From positions 64,001-128,000 of the forward strand of contig CAWHCQ010000013.1 of NCBI GenBank assembly GCA_963827755.1: a DNA stretch of 64,000 bases. The letters run 5' to 3'. The position numbers were made by a program, and so were the translations under genes. The notes under the pieces were generated by a model that ran no database searches, was not told the origin of the DNA, and saw nothing but the letters and a program-made list of their open reading frames with translations. Source of the DNA: an uncultured Gammaproteobacteria bacterium. Lineage in GTDB: Bacteria; Pseudomonadota; Gammaproteobacteria; UBA9214. Of this stretch, positions 53,647-63,386 are shown one piece after another. Numbering within the stretch: the first letter of the stretch is position 1; each line of letters begins with the position of its first letter.

Positions 53647-54311
53647 GGGGAGAGGTTCATTAACAGTTGCTCGAAATGGTTGCCAAACTGCGCTGCACAT
53701 TCTTCGACAGAAATGCCGATACCCAGGTCGCTCATCCGGGTTACCTCGAGACCCCGGATTCCGCAGGGGTTGATCATCGAGAACGGCGCCAGGTCCATAT
53801 CGACATTGAGACTCAGGCCATGGAAGGAGCAGCCTTTTCTGACGCGCAGACCGAGTGCGGCTATCTTGCGGTCATCGACATACACCCCGGGTGCCTTGCT
53901 GCGGCGCTGTGCATGAATGCTGTAATCCGACAGCAGGTTGATAACGGCCTGCTCCAGCGTGCTGACCAGTGATTGTACACCCAGTTGACGCCGATGAATG
54001 TCCAGCAGCGTGTAGGCAATCAGTTGCCCGGGGCCGTGGTAGGTGACCTGGCCGCCCCGGTCGGCATGAATAACCGGGATGTCCCCGGTGTCACGCAGGT
54101 GTTCCGGTTTGGCGTTGCGGCCCAGGGTAAAAACCGGGAAATGCTCAAGAAACCACAGTTCATCAGGGGTATTTGCCGTGCGCGTCTCGGTAAATGACTG
54201 CATCTCGCGCCAGACGGGAGCGTACTCAACCCGGCCCAGTTGGCGAATTTTCAGTCTATGGCCGTGCCCCGGGCGAGGGCCCGGCGGGGCTGGCATGGCA
54301 TCGACGCTCAC
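53643..54311 (-). CDS. lipB: Octanoyltransferase
   Basis: [34 protein letters not shown]; GTG start overlapping ybeD stop inferred. Confidence 0.95.
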   Translation of the reverse strand: MSVDAMPAPPGPRPGHGHRLKIRQLGRVEYAPVWREMQSFTETRTANTPDELWFLEHFPVFTLGRNAKPEHLRDTGDIPVIHADRGGQVTYHGPGQLIAYTLLDIHRRQLGVQSLVSTLEQAVINLLSDYSIHAQRRSKAPGVYVDDRKIAALGLRVRKGCSFHGLSLNVDMDLAPFSMINPCGIRGLEVTRMSDLGIGISVEECAAQFGNHFEQLLMNLSP

Positions 54312-54577
54312 AGGGCCATGATCACGGCTTCGCAATCCACCAGGTCCTGGTAAATCGCATCCAGTTGTTTGCGACTGGTCGCGGTCACGGTCACGGTAAC
54401 CGAGAGGTAGTTGCCCCTGGTGCTGGCGCGTGTCTTGATGGCCCCTTCACTCAAGTCGGGGGCATGCTTGCGCACAATACCGACGACGATAATGTCGAGG
54501 TTGCAGTCTGATTTTCCCATCGCCTTGATCGGAAATTCACAGGGAAACCTGAGTGGACTTTCTTCTTCGTGACTCAT
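54308..54577 (-). CDS. ybeD: YbeD / DUF493 protein
   Basis: FPCEFPIKAMG, GNYLSVTV, QLDAIY; upstream of lipB. Confidence 0.92.
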   Translation of the reverse strand: MSHEEESPLRFPCEFPIKAMGKSDCNLDIIVVGIVRKHAPDLSEGAIKTRASTRGNYLSVTVTVTATSRKQLDAIYQDLVDCEAVIMAL

Positions 54578-54819
54578 TCCGGATCTGATGTGATTGTAAT
54601 AATAAACGAGGACTGGTTCACCGCAGTAATGAATGGGGCGCTGCAGTCATTGTGTTGATCGCGACTTGAAATATATCGCGCGAAATATCCGGAATAAGAA
54701 GACCGGAATTTCAAGAAAGGTTTGAATCGCGTCTTTCATCACACGTTTCCGGGACACTGGATGAATACTGTTTAGATTTCATCCCTGTCAGAACCGGTTT
54801 AAAAATTTCCCTGGCGTGG

Positions 54820-55320
54820 TTAATCACCGAGTGAGCTTTTTGATTTGTATGTTGGCAGCTGTTTCGGAGCGGCCCGCTTGTCGGTGTAGGGTTTTTTGTC
54901 ATACGCGGACCGGGGAAAGCTGTTTACCTGCTGCGGGTAACCCGGGTAGGACATTGTGTTTTCCTGTGAATTATTCCGCTCGGGTAATGACGGTGTCTGT
55001 GTTTCTCTATCGGCTTTTCTTGCCTCAACTTCCGCCTGGAGTCGCTCTGCAATCAGTTTTTCGTTTGCAAGTCGCTTTTTCTCCATCCGGTCAGCCTGGT
55101 TGATGACAGAGTAGAAATCATTATCACCGCCTATGTTGCCGGCAGACGGGGCGGGCAACAGGTCGATCTGTTCTGCGGTTATGCTCTCGTCGAATGGCGG
55201 GTCCTCACTGAAGTGCCTGGTACCATTCTCATCGGTCCATGTATAGGCCTGCTCGGCACCGGCTTGTGCAAACGGAAGCACTAAAAGTATGACTACTAAA
55301 TTTACAGCGCGCATGTTCAT
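54820..55320 (-). CDS. DUF4124-type exported protein
   Basis: Signal peptide then YTWTDENGTRHFSEDPP and coiled coil; aggag RBS. Confidence 0.8.
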   Translation of the reverse strand: MNMRAVNLVVILLVLPFAQAGAEQAYTWTDENGTRHFSEDPPFDESITAEQIDLLPAPSAGNIGGDNDFYSVINQADRMEKKRLANEKLIAERLQAEVEARKADRETQTPSLPERNNSQENTMSYPGYPQQVNSFPRSAYDKKPYTDKRAAPKQLPTYKSKSSLGD

Positions 55321-55672
55321 TATCGTCTCCTCATGATGTTCCGACTGCCCGCAGGTTTTCGAGTTCCTGCATGCACCAATTCTATCCTACCCGGCTGCCA
55401 ATGTTGATCCTGTCCCTGCCGGGCCTGACATCACTGCAGGCCGGCTGTCCCGGTCCGGCGCGGCCGGGCAGCTAATGCGGCACTGAGAAGCCTTTCGATA
55501 AATCTTAATTATTATTAACTTACGTCAATAATCAAGATTTCAAGCCATGATGTGATCGGCTCTCCTGCGGGCGCGAAAATGGGCTCTAAAGCCCCCGTGC
55601 AAGCCTGCCGATACGCGTAACTAGAGGACGGTTAGGCGTTTCAAGTTCAGGTAACCGGCAAGGGGGCAAGCG

Positions 55673-55858
55673 ATGAGTGCTGTTGTACATGATGTCATAC
55701 TGAAACCGAAAACAGGAAAGAAGCGCAGCAAGGCCAACAAGGCGCTGCGTGCCGTGCGCAGGGCGCTTGCGCGTCGCAAGCTTGAACAGATGCGCGATGA
55801 TCAATTGCTGCAGGAACAGATCTACGATGTGTTCGAGGACGGTGGCGAAGCCGACTAG
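55673..55858 (+). CDS. Small conserved-looking basic protein
   Basis: 61 aa, gggg RBS, ARRKLEQMRDDQLLQEQIYDVF tail. Confidence 0.65.
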   Translation: MSAVVHDVILKPKTGKKRSKANKALRAVRRALARRKLEQMRDDQLLQEQIYDVFEDGGEAD

Positions 55859-56085
55859 CGTTGTAGCAACACTTCCTTTTTTCGTTGATCAATAAATCAC
55901 TGTTGCCTGGTTATTCTCAACCAGGGGCAAGTGTTTGTACTATACCAACCGGCATGATGATGACTGCGGTACGACATCCAGGCATCAGCGCAGGTTGTTC
56001 TATACCCTGCTGAATGGCGAACCGGTCAGCCTTGTTTGAAATTGAAGCCGCTGTTGCGGATGACGGGGCGGAATGAAGCAGGCGC

Positions 56086-56367
56086 CTATTTGGTCCATTC
56101 CTGCAATGCTTCAATAACCTTCTCGGCCTGGTCCTTGCTGGAGATATTGAACTTCGATTTCTGCTGGTATTCACCATTGCGTTTTTGATAACGGCGAATG
56201 GTGTACTTGTCCGGTCCGTATTCCTCTTTCGAACGGTTCCAGTCCTGGTAACGGTAGATGACGGTTGACCATGCGCCCTTGGTCAGGACCTTCTTGTCGA
56301 GCTCCTTGACGGTCTCGATTCCGTCCTCTGTATAACTAACGGTAAGCTCGTCGACGGTTGTGGCCAT
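56086..56367 (-). CDS. Small hypothetical protein
   Basis: ggag RBS; 93 aa with LTKGAWSTVIY, IRRYQK, SKFNIS. Confidence 0.8.
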   Translation of the reverse strand: MATTVDELTVSYTEDGIETVKELDKKVLTKGAWSTVIYRYQDWNRSKEEYGPDKYTIRRYQKRNGEYQQKSKFNISSKDQAEKVIEALQEWTK

Positions 56368-56509
56368 GTTTTTCTCCAGCTCGGTAGGATGAAAGATGAG
56401 GTGTTGGGCCGGCCATCATACGGATTTATCCGGGTAGCGGAAGGGCCGGCCACAAACAGCAGGGTTTTCGGCGTATCATTGCCCGTTTCAGGTGTTCGAG
56501 AGCTGATCG

Positions 56510-57877
56510 GTGCCAAAATACAGAGAAGCCCCCGAGGCGCGGGCCGGTATGCCCGGTGGCATCCCCTATATAATCGGCAACGAGGCGGCCGAGCGCTTCA
56601 GTTTTTACGGCATGCGCGCCATCCTGGTCGTTTTCATGACCCAGCACCTGGTCAATGACAGCGGCGTCCTGGATGTCATGGGCGAGGACGAGGCCAAGGG
56701 CTGGTTTCACCTGTTCGTGGCGGCCGTCTATCTCACCCCCTTGCTCGGCGCCCTGGTAGCCGATGGCCTGCTGGGGAAATACCGCACCATCATCTTGCTG
56801 TCACTGGTGTATTGCGCCGGGCACTTTGCACTCGCCATCGACGACACACGCCAGGGACTTGCCCTCGGGCTCGGCCTGATCGCCATCGGGGCGGGGGGCA
56901 TCAAGCCCTGTGTCTCCGCGCACCTCGGGGACCAGTTCGGGCGCACCAACCAGGGCTTGCTGGCACGCGCCTTTTCCTGGTTCTATTTTTCCATCAACCT
57001 GGGAGCATTTGTTTCCACCCTGGCCACGCCCTGGTTGTTGCAGCACTACGGATCTTCCGTGGCCTTTGGCGTGCCCGGTGTGTTGATGCTGACCGCGACC
57101 CTGGTTTTCCGGGCAGGGCGTCACCGCTTCGTGCATATCCCGGCGGGCGGGCGGCACTTTATAAAAGAGGTGTTCAGCAAGACCGGCCTGGGCGTGCTTG
57201 CACGCCTGAGCCTGGTGTACGTGTTCGTTGCCGTGTTCTGGGCCCTGTTCGACCAGACGGGTTCATCCTGGGTGTTGCAGGCACAGCAGATGGACCGCTA
57301 TCTCTTCGGGATTGAACTGCTGCCCGCGCAGATACAGGCCGCGAACCCGTTGCTGGTGATGCTGCTGATCCCGCTGTTTTCCTACCGGCTCTACCCGGCC
57401 ATCGACCGCTACTTTCCGCTGACGCCGCTGCGCAAGATGTCGATCGGGCTGTTTCTGACCGTGCTGGCCTTTGCAATTCCGACCGCTATCCAGCTGTCGA
57501 TCGATGCGGGCGGTGCGCCCTCGATCGGCTGGCAACTGTTCGCCTACGTGATGCTGACCTCTGCCGAGGTGATGGTGTCGATCACCTGCCTGGAGTTTTC
57601 CTATATGCAGGCACCGAAAACCATGAAGTCCTTCGTAATGGCTTTTTTCATGCTGTCGATTTCACTGGGCAACCTGTTCACCAGTGCGGTGAATTTCTTT
57701 ATCCGGAATGATGACGGCAGCAGCAAGCTGGCCGGGGCGGATTATTTCATTTTTTTCACCCTGCTGATGCTGGGTACGGCCATGCTGTTTGTGCTGGTCG
57801 CGCGTTACTACCGGGGTGAGACCTATATTCACGAGGAACTCGAGGCACACCGGGAACAGGCGGCTTTTCCCGGCTGA
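56510..57877 (+). CDS. POT/PTR family proton-dependent oligopeptide transporter
   Basis: EAAERFSFYGMR, GGIKPCV, FYFSINLG, FDQ, QAPKTMKS. Confidence 0.93.
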   Translation: MPKYREAPEARAGMPGGIPYIIGNEAAERFSFYGMRAILVVFMTQHLVNDSGVLDVMGEDEAKGWFHLFVAAVYLTPLLGALVADGLLGKYRTIILLSLVYCAGHFALAIDDTRQGLALGLGLIAIGAGGIKPCVSAHLGDQFGRTNQGLLARAFSWFYFSINLGAFVSTLATPWLLQHYGSSVAFGVPGVLMLTATLVFRAGRHRFVHIPAGGRHFIKEVFSKTGLGVLARLSLVYVFVAVFWALFDQTGSSWVLQAQQMDRYLFGIELLPAQIQAANPLLVMLLIPLFSYRLYPAIDRYFPLTPLRKMSIGLFLTVLAFAIPTAIQLSIDAGGAPSIGWQLFAYVMLTSAEVMVSITCLEFSYMQAPKTMKSFVMAFFMLSISLGNLFTSAVNFFIRNDDGSSKLAGADYFIFFTLLMLGTAMLFVLVARYYRGETYIHEELEAHREQAAFPG

Positions 57878-58974
57878 TGCGTATTTTGTTGCTGTCGGCT
57901 TATGACGCGCACAGCCACCGGCGCTGGCGAGAGGGCCTGGTGGATGCCTTTTCCGGGCGGGAATGGACGGTGCTGACACTGCCGCCGCGAAACTTTCTCT
58001 GGCGCGTGCGCGGCAACAGCCTGAGCTGGGCGTTCTCGCAACGGGAAACACTGCAGCAGCCATACGACCTGCTGCTGGCCACGTCGATGACGGACCTGTC
58101 CGCCTTGAAGGGCATGGTGCCGTCACTGTCGCGGGTGCCGGGGATTGTCTATTGCCACGAGAACCAGTTTGCCTACCCCGAGCGGCGTGAGCAGCAAGGC
58201 CTGGAGCCCGTGTTTGTCAGTCTCTATGCTGTGCTGGCGGCCGACCGCGTGCTGTTCAATTCCGGTTATAACCGCCAGACCTTCCTCGATGGTGTGCAGG
58301 CCCTGTTGAAAAAAATGCCGGATGCCGTGCCGTCCGGTGTCACTGAACACATTGCGGGCAAGAGTCGTGTCATACCGGTGCCGCTGGAACATCACTGGTT
58401 TGCGGGCAGCGCCCGCCCGCGTGCCGGGGACGCGCCCTTTACCATTGTCTGGAACCACCGCTGGGAATATGACAAGGCACCGGAGCGCATGTTTGCCGCC
58501 CTGCTGAAGCTGCACGAGGACGGTGTGGATTTCAGGGTGCATGTCATCGGCCAGCAGTTCCGTGAACAGCCGCCGGTGTTTGCAAAAATGCGCGCCCGGC
58601 TCGGGGCGCATATCGGCGAGTGGGGGATGGTTGAATCCGCCATGGCTTACCGGCAAGTGCTGCAGCAGGCGCATGTCGTACTGAGCACCGCCCTGCACGA
58701 GTTCCAGGGCCTGGCGGTGCTGGAGGCGGTTGCCTCCGGTTGCATCCCGCTGGTGCCTGACCGGCTGGCCTACCCGGAATTTATTCCCGCTGATTGCCGT
58801 TACCCGTCGTACCCGGATGATGCTGTGCGCGAGAGCGAGGCGATTGCCGCACATCTCAAGGCGCGCGCGCAAGCCTGGCAGACAGGCGGGCTTCCGCCGC
58901 CGCCGGACATAGCGCGGCTGTCGTGGTCCAGGCTCGGGCCTGTCTACGAACAGGAATTCAGTGCTCTGCTATAG
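57877..58974 (+). CDS. DUF3524 + GT-B glycosyltransferase (GTDC1/QTMAN-like)
   Basis: SH..W, TLPPR..WR.RG, HENQFAYP, FNSGYN, WNHRWEYDKAP, HEFQG...EA, RLAYPE. Confidence 0.82.
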   Translation: MRILLLSAYDAHSHRRWREGLVDAFSGREWTVLTLPPRNFLWRVRGNSLSWAFSQRETLQQPYDLLLATSMTDLSALKGMVPSLSRVPGIVYCHENQFAYPERREQQGLEPVFVSLYAVLAADRVLFNSGYNRQTFLDGVQALLKKMPDAVPSGVTEHIAGKSRVIPVPLEHHWFAGSARPRAGDAPFTIVWNHRWEYDKAPERMFAALLKLHEDGVDFRVHVIGQQFREQPPVFAKMRARLGAHIGEWGMVESAMAYRQVLQQAHVVLSTALHEFQGLAVLEAVASGCIPLVPDRLAYPEFIPADCRYPSYPDDAVRESEAIAAHLKARAQAWQTGGLPPPPDIARLSWSRLGPVYEQEFSALL

Positions 58975-59010
58975 TAGGGCGGACCCTGCCTGCCGGACCC
59001 GCACCCATCA

Positions 59011-59898
59011 ATGACACTGCCGCTTCAAAAGAGGGAACAGCTGCACGGCGGGCGCCGCGAGGGCAAGCCCCTGCCGCTGTCACTGCGCGTGATGCGCTTT
59101 ATGTTTTCAACAGTGGGCGGGGTGTTTCCGGGCATGATGGGGCGCTGGGCCTGCCGCCTGTGGTTTCGTACCCGGCGTTTTCCCGAGTCGGCGGCAGGCA
59201 AGCGTGCGGCCGGGCGGTCGCAGCGGCTAACCTTGCAGGTCGGCGGCGTGCCGGTCGCGGTCTACAAGTGGGGCGAAGGGCCGGTTGTCCTGTTCGTGCA
59301 TGGCTGGTCCGGACGGGGCAGCCAGGTGGCGGCCTTCATCGAACCGCTGAACCGGGCGGGCTACCAGGTCCTTTCCCTGGATGCGCCCGGCCATGGCGAT
59401 TCGCCCGGCAACAGCACCAGTATCCTCGAGTGTGCGGCTGTCCTGCAGGCCATCGGGAAAGACCACGGTCCCGTGTATGCGGCCATCACCCATTCCTTCG
59501 GCGGCATGGTGCTGGCCTATGCCATGAAGCAGGGTATGCCGGTGGGGCGGGTGGTAAGCATCGCTGCACCGGCCAATGCCGGGTTCCTGCTCGATACCTT
59601 TGCACAGACGCTCGACATGCACCCCGGCGTTGCTGATGTCATGTTGCAGCAGCTGGCGCAGCAATTCGGCAGCGACTATGGCGAGCGTGTTTCAATGACA
59701 AATAATGTGCAGGGACTCGGCGTGCCGGCCCTGGTTATCCATGATGAAGACGATGCGGGTGTGCCGTGGCAACATGGCAGGATGATTGCCGATGCCTGGC
59801 CGGGCGCTGAATTTCTCAAGACCAGGGGGCTCGGTCACGGGCGTATCCTGCGTGATGCAGGGACGATACGGGCTGCGGTTGAGTTTATATCGCGCTAG
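59011..59898 (+). CDS. Alpha/beta hydrolase
   Basis: HGWSG, DAPGHG, HSFGG, HDEDD, GLGH. Confidence 0.9.
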   Translation: MTLPLQKREQLHGGRREGKPLPLSLRVMRFMFSTVGGVFPGMMGRWACRLWFRTRRFPESAAGKRAAGRSQRLTLQVGGVPVAVYKWGEGPVVLFVHGWSGRGSQVAAFIEPLNRAGYQVLSLDAPGHGDSPGNSTSILECAAVLQAIGKDHGPVYAAITHSFGGMVLAYAMKQGMPVGRVVSIAAPANAGFLLDTFAQTLDMHPGVADVMLQQLAQQFGSDYGERVSMTNNVQGLGVPALVIHDEDDAGVPWQHGRMIADAWPGAEFLKTRGLGHGRILRDAGTIRAAVEFISR

Positions 59899-59936
59899 TA
59901 TGCATTGAATGCGGCACACGTTTAACTTTGAAAAGC

Positions 59937-60428
59937 ATGAAACTGTATCTCGCACAACACGGTGAAGCACTCAGCAAGGCTGAAGACCCTGAACGCCCGT
60001 TGAGTGTGCAGGGCCGGCATGAGGTCGAGGCGATTGCGGCATTGGCAAACGAGGCGGGCATGCGGGTTGCACGGGCCTGGCACAGTGGCAAGCGTCGCGC
60101 AGAACAAACGGCGCAAATCCTTGCAAGGACCATGCTGCCGCGCGGCAAGGTCTCGTCCATTGGCGGTATCAATCCGAACGATCCGGTAGAGGACTTCATA
60201 GCGGATGCTGACGTCTGGCAGGACGATACCCTGGTCGTCGGCCACCTGCCGTTTATGTCACGGCTTGTGTCGTTGCTGCTGGTCGGTGATCCGGAACGCG
60301 CCCTGGTGAGTTATTCCCCGGGCAGCGTGGTCTGCCTGGAACGTTCCGGTGAGCATGGCTGGGTATTGCTGTGGATGCTGCGCCCGGATGCCGTGACAGC
60401 GCCGTATGACGGGGAGGAATCGTCATGA
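59937..60428 (+). CDS. sixA: Phosphohistidine phosphatase SixA family
   Basis: LYLAQHGEA, RPLS..G, HSGKRRAEQTA, VGHLP. Confidence 0.85.
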   Translation: MKLYLAQHGEALSKAEDPERPLSVQGRHEVEAIAALANEAGMRVARAWHSGKRRAEQTAQILARTMLPRGKVSSIGGINPNDPVEDFIADADVWQDDTLVVGHLPFMSRLVSLLLVGDPERALVSYSPGSVVCLERSGEHGWVLLWMLRPDAVTAPYDGEESS

Positions 60429-60670
60429 GCCTGCGCGGTATTGTTCCGCCTGACCCGCAGACCAGCGTCTCGAAGGAATGCTTTGCTGTCATCTTCACCC
60501 CCCGGCAGGACCGCAAGCGCTACCCGGCCGGGTGTGTCGAGGTGTTTGCAACCCGGCAGGCCGCCCTTGCCGCGGCTGACCCCGAAAACAAAAAACATGC
60601 CGCCGCGGTTGTCGGGCCGTCGAAGTCATCCGAAGGCCAGTTTATCTATTACCTGCTTGGCTGGTTATAG
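60425..60670 (+). CDS. Small hypothetical protein
   Basis: ATGA overlap with sixA stop; RKRYPAGCV, GPSKSSEG. Confidence 0.7.
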   Translation: MSLRGIVPPDPQTSVSKECFAVIFTPRQDRKRYPAGCVEVFATRQAALAAADPENKKHAAAVVGPSKSSEGQFIYYLLGWL

Positions 60671-60810
60671 GGCAGGGTCGGCGGCGACTATGCGGGCCGG
60701 TTCCTGTCTGGCGGTTCATGCCAGGCTGAATCGGGTGTAGAGTTGGCGCATGTGTACCCGGCTGGCAGCCGCTGCCGTGTGCCGGGCGACTGACAACGGG
60801 GAGGAAAAAA

Positions 60811-61833
60811 ATGCAAATAGGCATGGTTGGATTGGGTCGTATGGGGGCCAACATGGTCCGCCGCCTGCTGCAGGCGGGACACGAATGCGTGGTTTATAAC
60901 CGCAGTCCGGGGCCGGTCGCCGAGATGCAGGCGGAGGGCGCCATCGGTGCCGGCGATCTCGCTGACCTGGTCGGCAAGCTGCAGCCGCCACGTGCGGTCT
61001 GGCTGATGATCCCGGCCGCCGTCGTTGACCAGCAGGTCGAGGCGTTGAGCCAGTTGCTGCAGCCCGGTGATGTCATCATCGACGGCGGCAATTCCTGGTA
61101 CAAGGACGACATTGCCCGCAGTGACCGTCTTGCAGCCAGCGACCTGCATTACGTGGATGTGGGTACCAGCGGCGGTGTCTGGGGGCTGGAGCGCGGCTAT
61201 TGCCTGATGATCGGCGGGGAGCGGGAGGTGGTCGAACACCTCGATCCGGTGTTTGCGGCACTGGCGCCGGGTGTCGGCACGATTTCGCGTACCGCGGGAC
61301 GCGACGGTGATCCCGTCACGGCGGAGAAAGGCTACCTGCATTGCGGCCCACCCGGTGCGGGGCATTTCGTCAAGATGGTCCACAACGGCATCGAGTACGG
61401 CATCATGGCGGCCTATGCGGAAGGGTTCAACCTGCTGCGCCATGCCAATATCGGCAACCGGGACCGGACGCATGATGCCGAGACGGCCCCGCTGCGCGAT
61501 GCCCGCGATTTTCAGTACGATATCGATGTCGGTGCGGTTGCCGAACTCTGGCGGCGCGGCAGCGTGGTGTCGTCCTGGCTGCTGGACCTGACGGCCGATG
61601 CATTCAGCAAGAGCCCGGACCTGGAAGAGTTTTCCGGCCAGGTGTCGGATTCCGGTGAAGGGCGCTGGACCAATATCGCGGCCATCGAGGCGGGTGTCCC
61701 GGTGCATGTTTTGAGTGCCGCCCTCTATGATCGCTTCAACTCGCGCGACCGCGCCGGTTTCGCAAACCAGGTCCTGTCCGCCATGCGTTTTGAATTCGGC
61801 GGTCACCATGAGAAGAAAGGCACCGCAAAATGA
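60811..61833 (+). CDS. gnd: 6-phosphogluconate dehydrogenase, decarboxylating (short type)
   Basis: GLGRMG, IDGGNS, DVGTSGG, GHFVKMVHNGIEYG, SGEGRW, FGGH. Confidence 0.95.
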   Translation: MQIGMVGLGRMGANMVRRLLQAGHECVVYNRSPGPVAEMQAEGAIGAGDLADLVGKLQPPRAVWLMIPAAVVDQQVEALSQLLQPGDVIIDGGNSWYKDDIARSDRLAASDLHYVDVGTSGGVWGLERGYCLMIGGEREVVEHLDPVFAALAPGVGTISRTAGRDGDPVTAEKGYLHCGPPGAGHFVKMVHNGIEYGIMAAYAEGFNLLRHANIGNRDRTHDAETAPLRDARDFQYDIDVGAVAELWRRGSVVSSWLLDLTADAFSKSPDLEEFSGQVSDSGEGRWTNIAAIEAGVPVHVLSAALYDRFNSRDRAGFANQVLSAMRFEFGGHHEKKGTAK

Positions 61834-63386
61834 CGCAACAGGCTATCAAGACGCGAGCCTCGTTGCAGGCCTCGCCGGGTATCATGGTGATCTTCGGCTC
61901 TGCGGGGGATCTCACCAAGCGCAAGCTTGTTCCGGCACTTTATTACCTGTTGAAAGCCGGTTTACTCTCAGAGCGGTTCGCCATCATCGCCGTCGATCAC
62001 CGCGAGCGCGATGACGCGGCCTACCGTGAATTCATCGCCGAAGCGGCGCGCCCGTATATCGGTGCCGACCTGTCGGAGGAACACTGGCAGGACCTGCTGC
62101 AACGCATCTATTACCAGCAGGGGGATTTCCTCGAAAGTTCGACCTACGAGGGCATGTCCGGGCTGTTGCAGCAACTGAATGATAAATACCAGGCTGGCGA
62201 TAACTACCTTTTTTACCTCGCCACGGCACCGCGTTTTTTCGGCCCGATAGCGGGCCAGCTGCATGCCGCGGGACTGGCGCAGGAAAGCGGGAACCAGTCG
62301 CGGCATATCGTGGTGGAAAAACCGTTCGGCACCGATCTCGAGTCGGCGCGTGCCCTGAACGTGACCCTGCACGAGGCCTTCAAGGAAGACCAGATCTACC
62401 GGATCGACCACTACCTGGGCAAGGAAACGGTGCAAAACATCCTCATGTACCGCTTTGCCAACAGCACGGTCGAGCCGATCTGGAACCGCCGTTACATCGA
62501 CCATGTGCAAATTACCGTGGCCGAGTCCATCGGCGTTGAAAAACGCGGCGCCTACTATGACCAGACGGGTGCGCTGCGTGACATGTTGCCGAGCCACATG
62601 CTGGCATTGCTGTCGATTGTCGCCATGGAGCCGGCCAATTCGCTCGATGGCAACGCGGTGCGCGATGAGCAGGCAAAGATCATCCGCGCCATCCAGCCGA
62701 TTCTGCCGGAGCAGGTGCTGACCCAGGCGGTGCGCGGGCAGTATGCCGGGGGGGTTCTTGCGGGCGGCGAGCGTGCGCCTGCCTATCGTGACGAGGAGCG
62801 TGTCGACAGAAATTCGAACACGGAGACCTTCGTGGCCATGAAGTTGATGATCGACAGCTGGCGCTGGGCCGGGGTGCCGTTCTACCTGCGCACCGGCAAG
62901 CGCCTGCCGGGGCGCTATACCGAGATCGCCATCCAGTTCAAGCTTGCCCCGAACATGATGTTTCGCGACTCGCTGGAGAAACGCCAGAATGTGCCGCCGA
63001 ATACCCTGATACTGCGCATCCAGCCGGACGAGGGCATCGGCATGTCATTCAATGCCAAGGTACCGAGCCCGGTCGCGCAATTGAGCCCGGTGGAAATGAA
63101 TTTCAGTTACAGCGATTATTTCGGCAGTTCACCCGCGACCGGTTATGAAACCCTGATCTACGATTGCCTGAACGGTGATGCGACCCTGTTCAAGCGTGCC
63201 GACATAATCGAGGCCAGCTGGGAACTGGTTGCGCCGGTGCTCGATGTCTGGGGCGCCCTGCCGCCGCGCGACTTCCCGGATTATGCCGCGGGCACCTGGG
63301 GCCCGGACGAGGCCGAGGAACTGCTTGCCAGGGACGGGCGCAAGTGGCGGCCCTGCAAAAGCTGCATCCTTCCCCATGATCCCTGA
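61830..63386 (+). CDS. zwf: Glucose-6-phosphate dehydrogenase
   Basis: GSAGDL, EKPFG, RIDHYLGKE, RWAGVPFYLRTGK. Confidence 0.96.
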   Translation: MTQQAIKTRASLQASPGIMVIFGSAGDLTKRKLVPALYYLLKAGLLSERFAIIAVDHRERDDAAYREFIAEAARPYIGADLSEEHWQDLLQRIYYQQGDFLESSTYEGMSGLLQQLNDKYQAGDNYLFYLATAPRFFGPIAGQLHAAGLAQESGNQSRHIVVEKPFGTDLESARALNVTLHEAFKEDQIYRIDHYLGKETVQNILMYRFANSTVEPIWNRRYIDHVQITVAESIGVEKRGAYYDQTGALRDMLPSHMLALLSIVAMEPANSLDGNAVRDEQAKIIRAIQPILPEQVLTQAVRGQYAGGVLAGGERAPAYRDEERVDRNSNTETFVAMKLMIDSWRWAGVPFYLRTGKRLPGRYTEIAIQFKLAPNMMFRDSLEKRQNVPPNTLILRIQPDEGIGMSFNAKVPSPVAQLSPVEMNFSYSDYFGSSPATGYETLIYDCLNGDATLFKRADIIEASWELVAPVLDVWGALPPRDFPDYAAGTWGPDEAEELLARDGRKWRPCKSCILPHDP

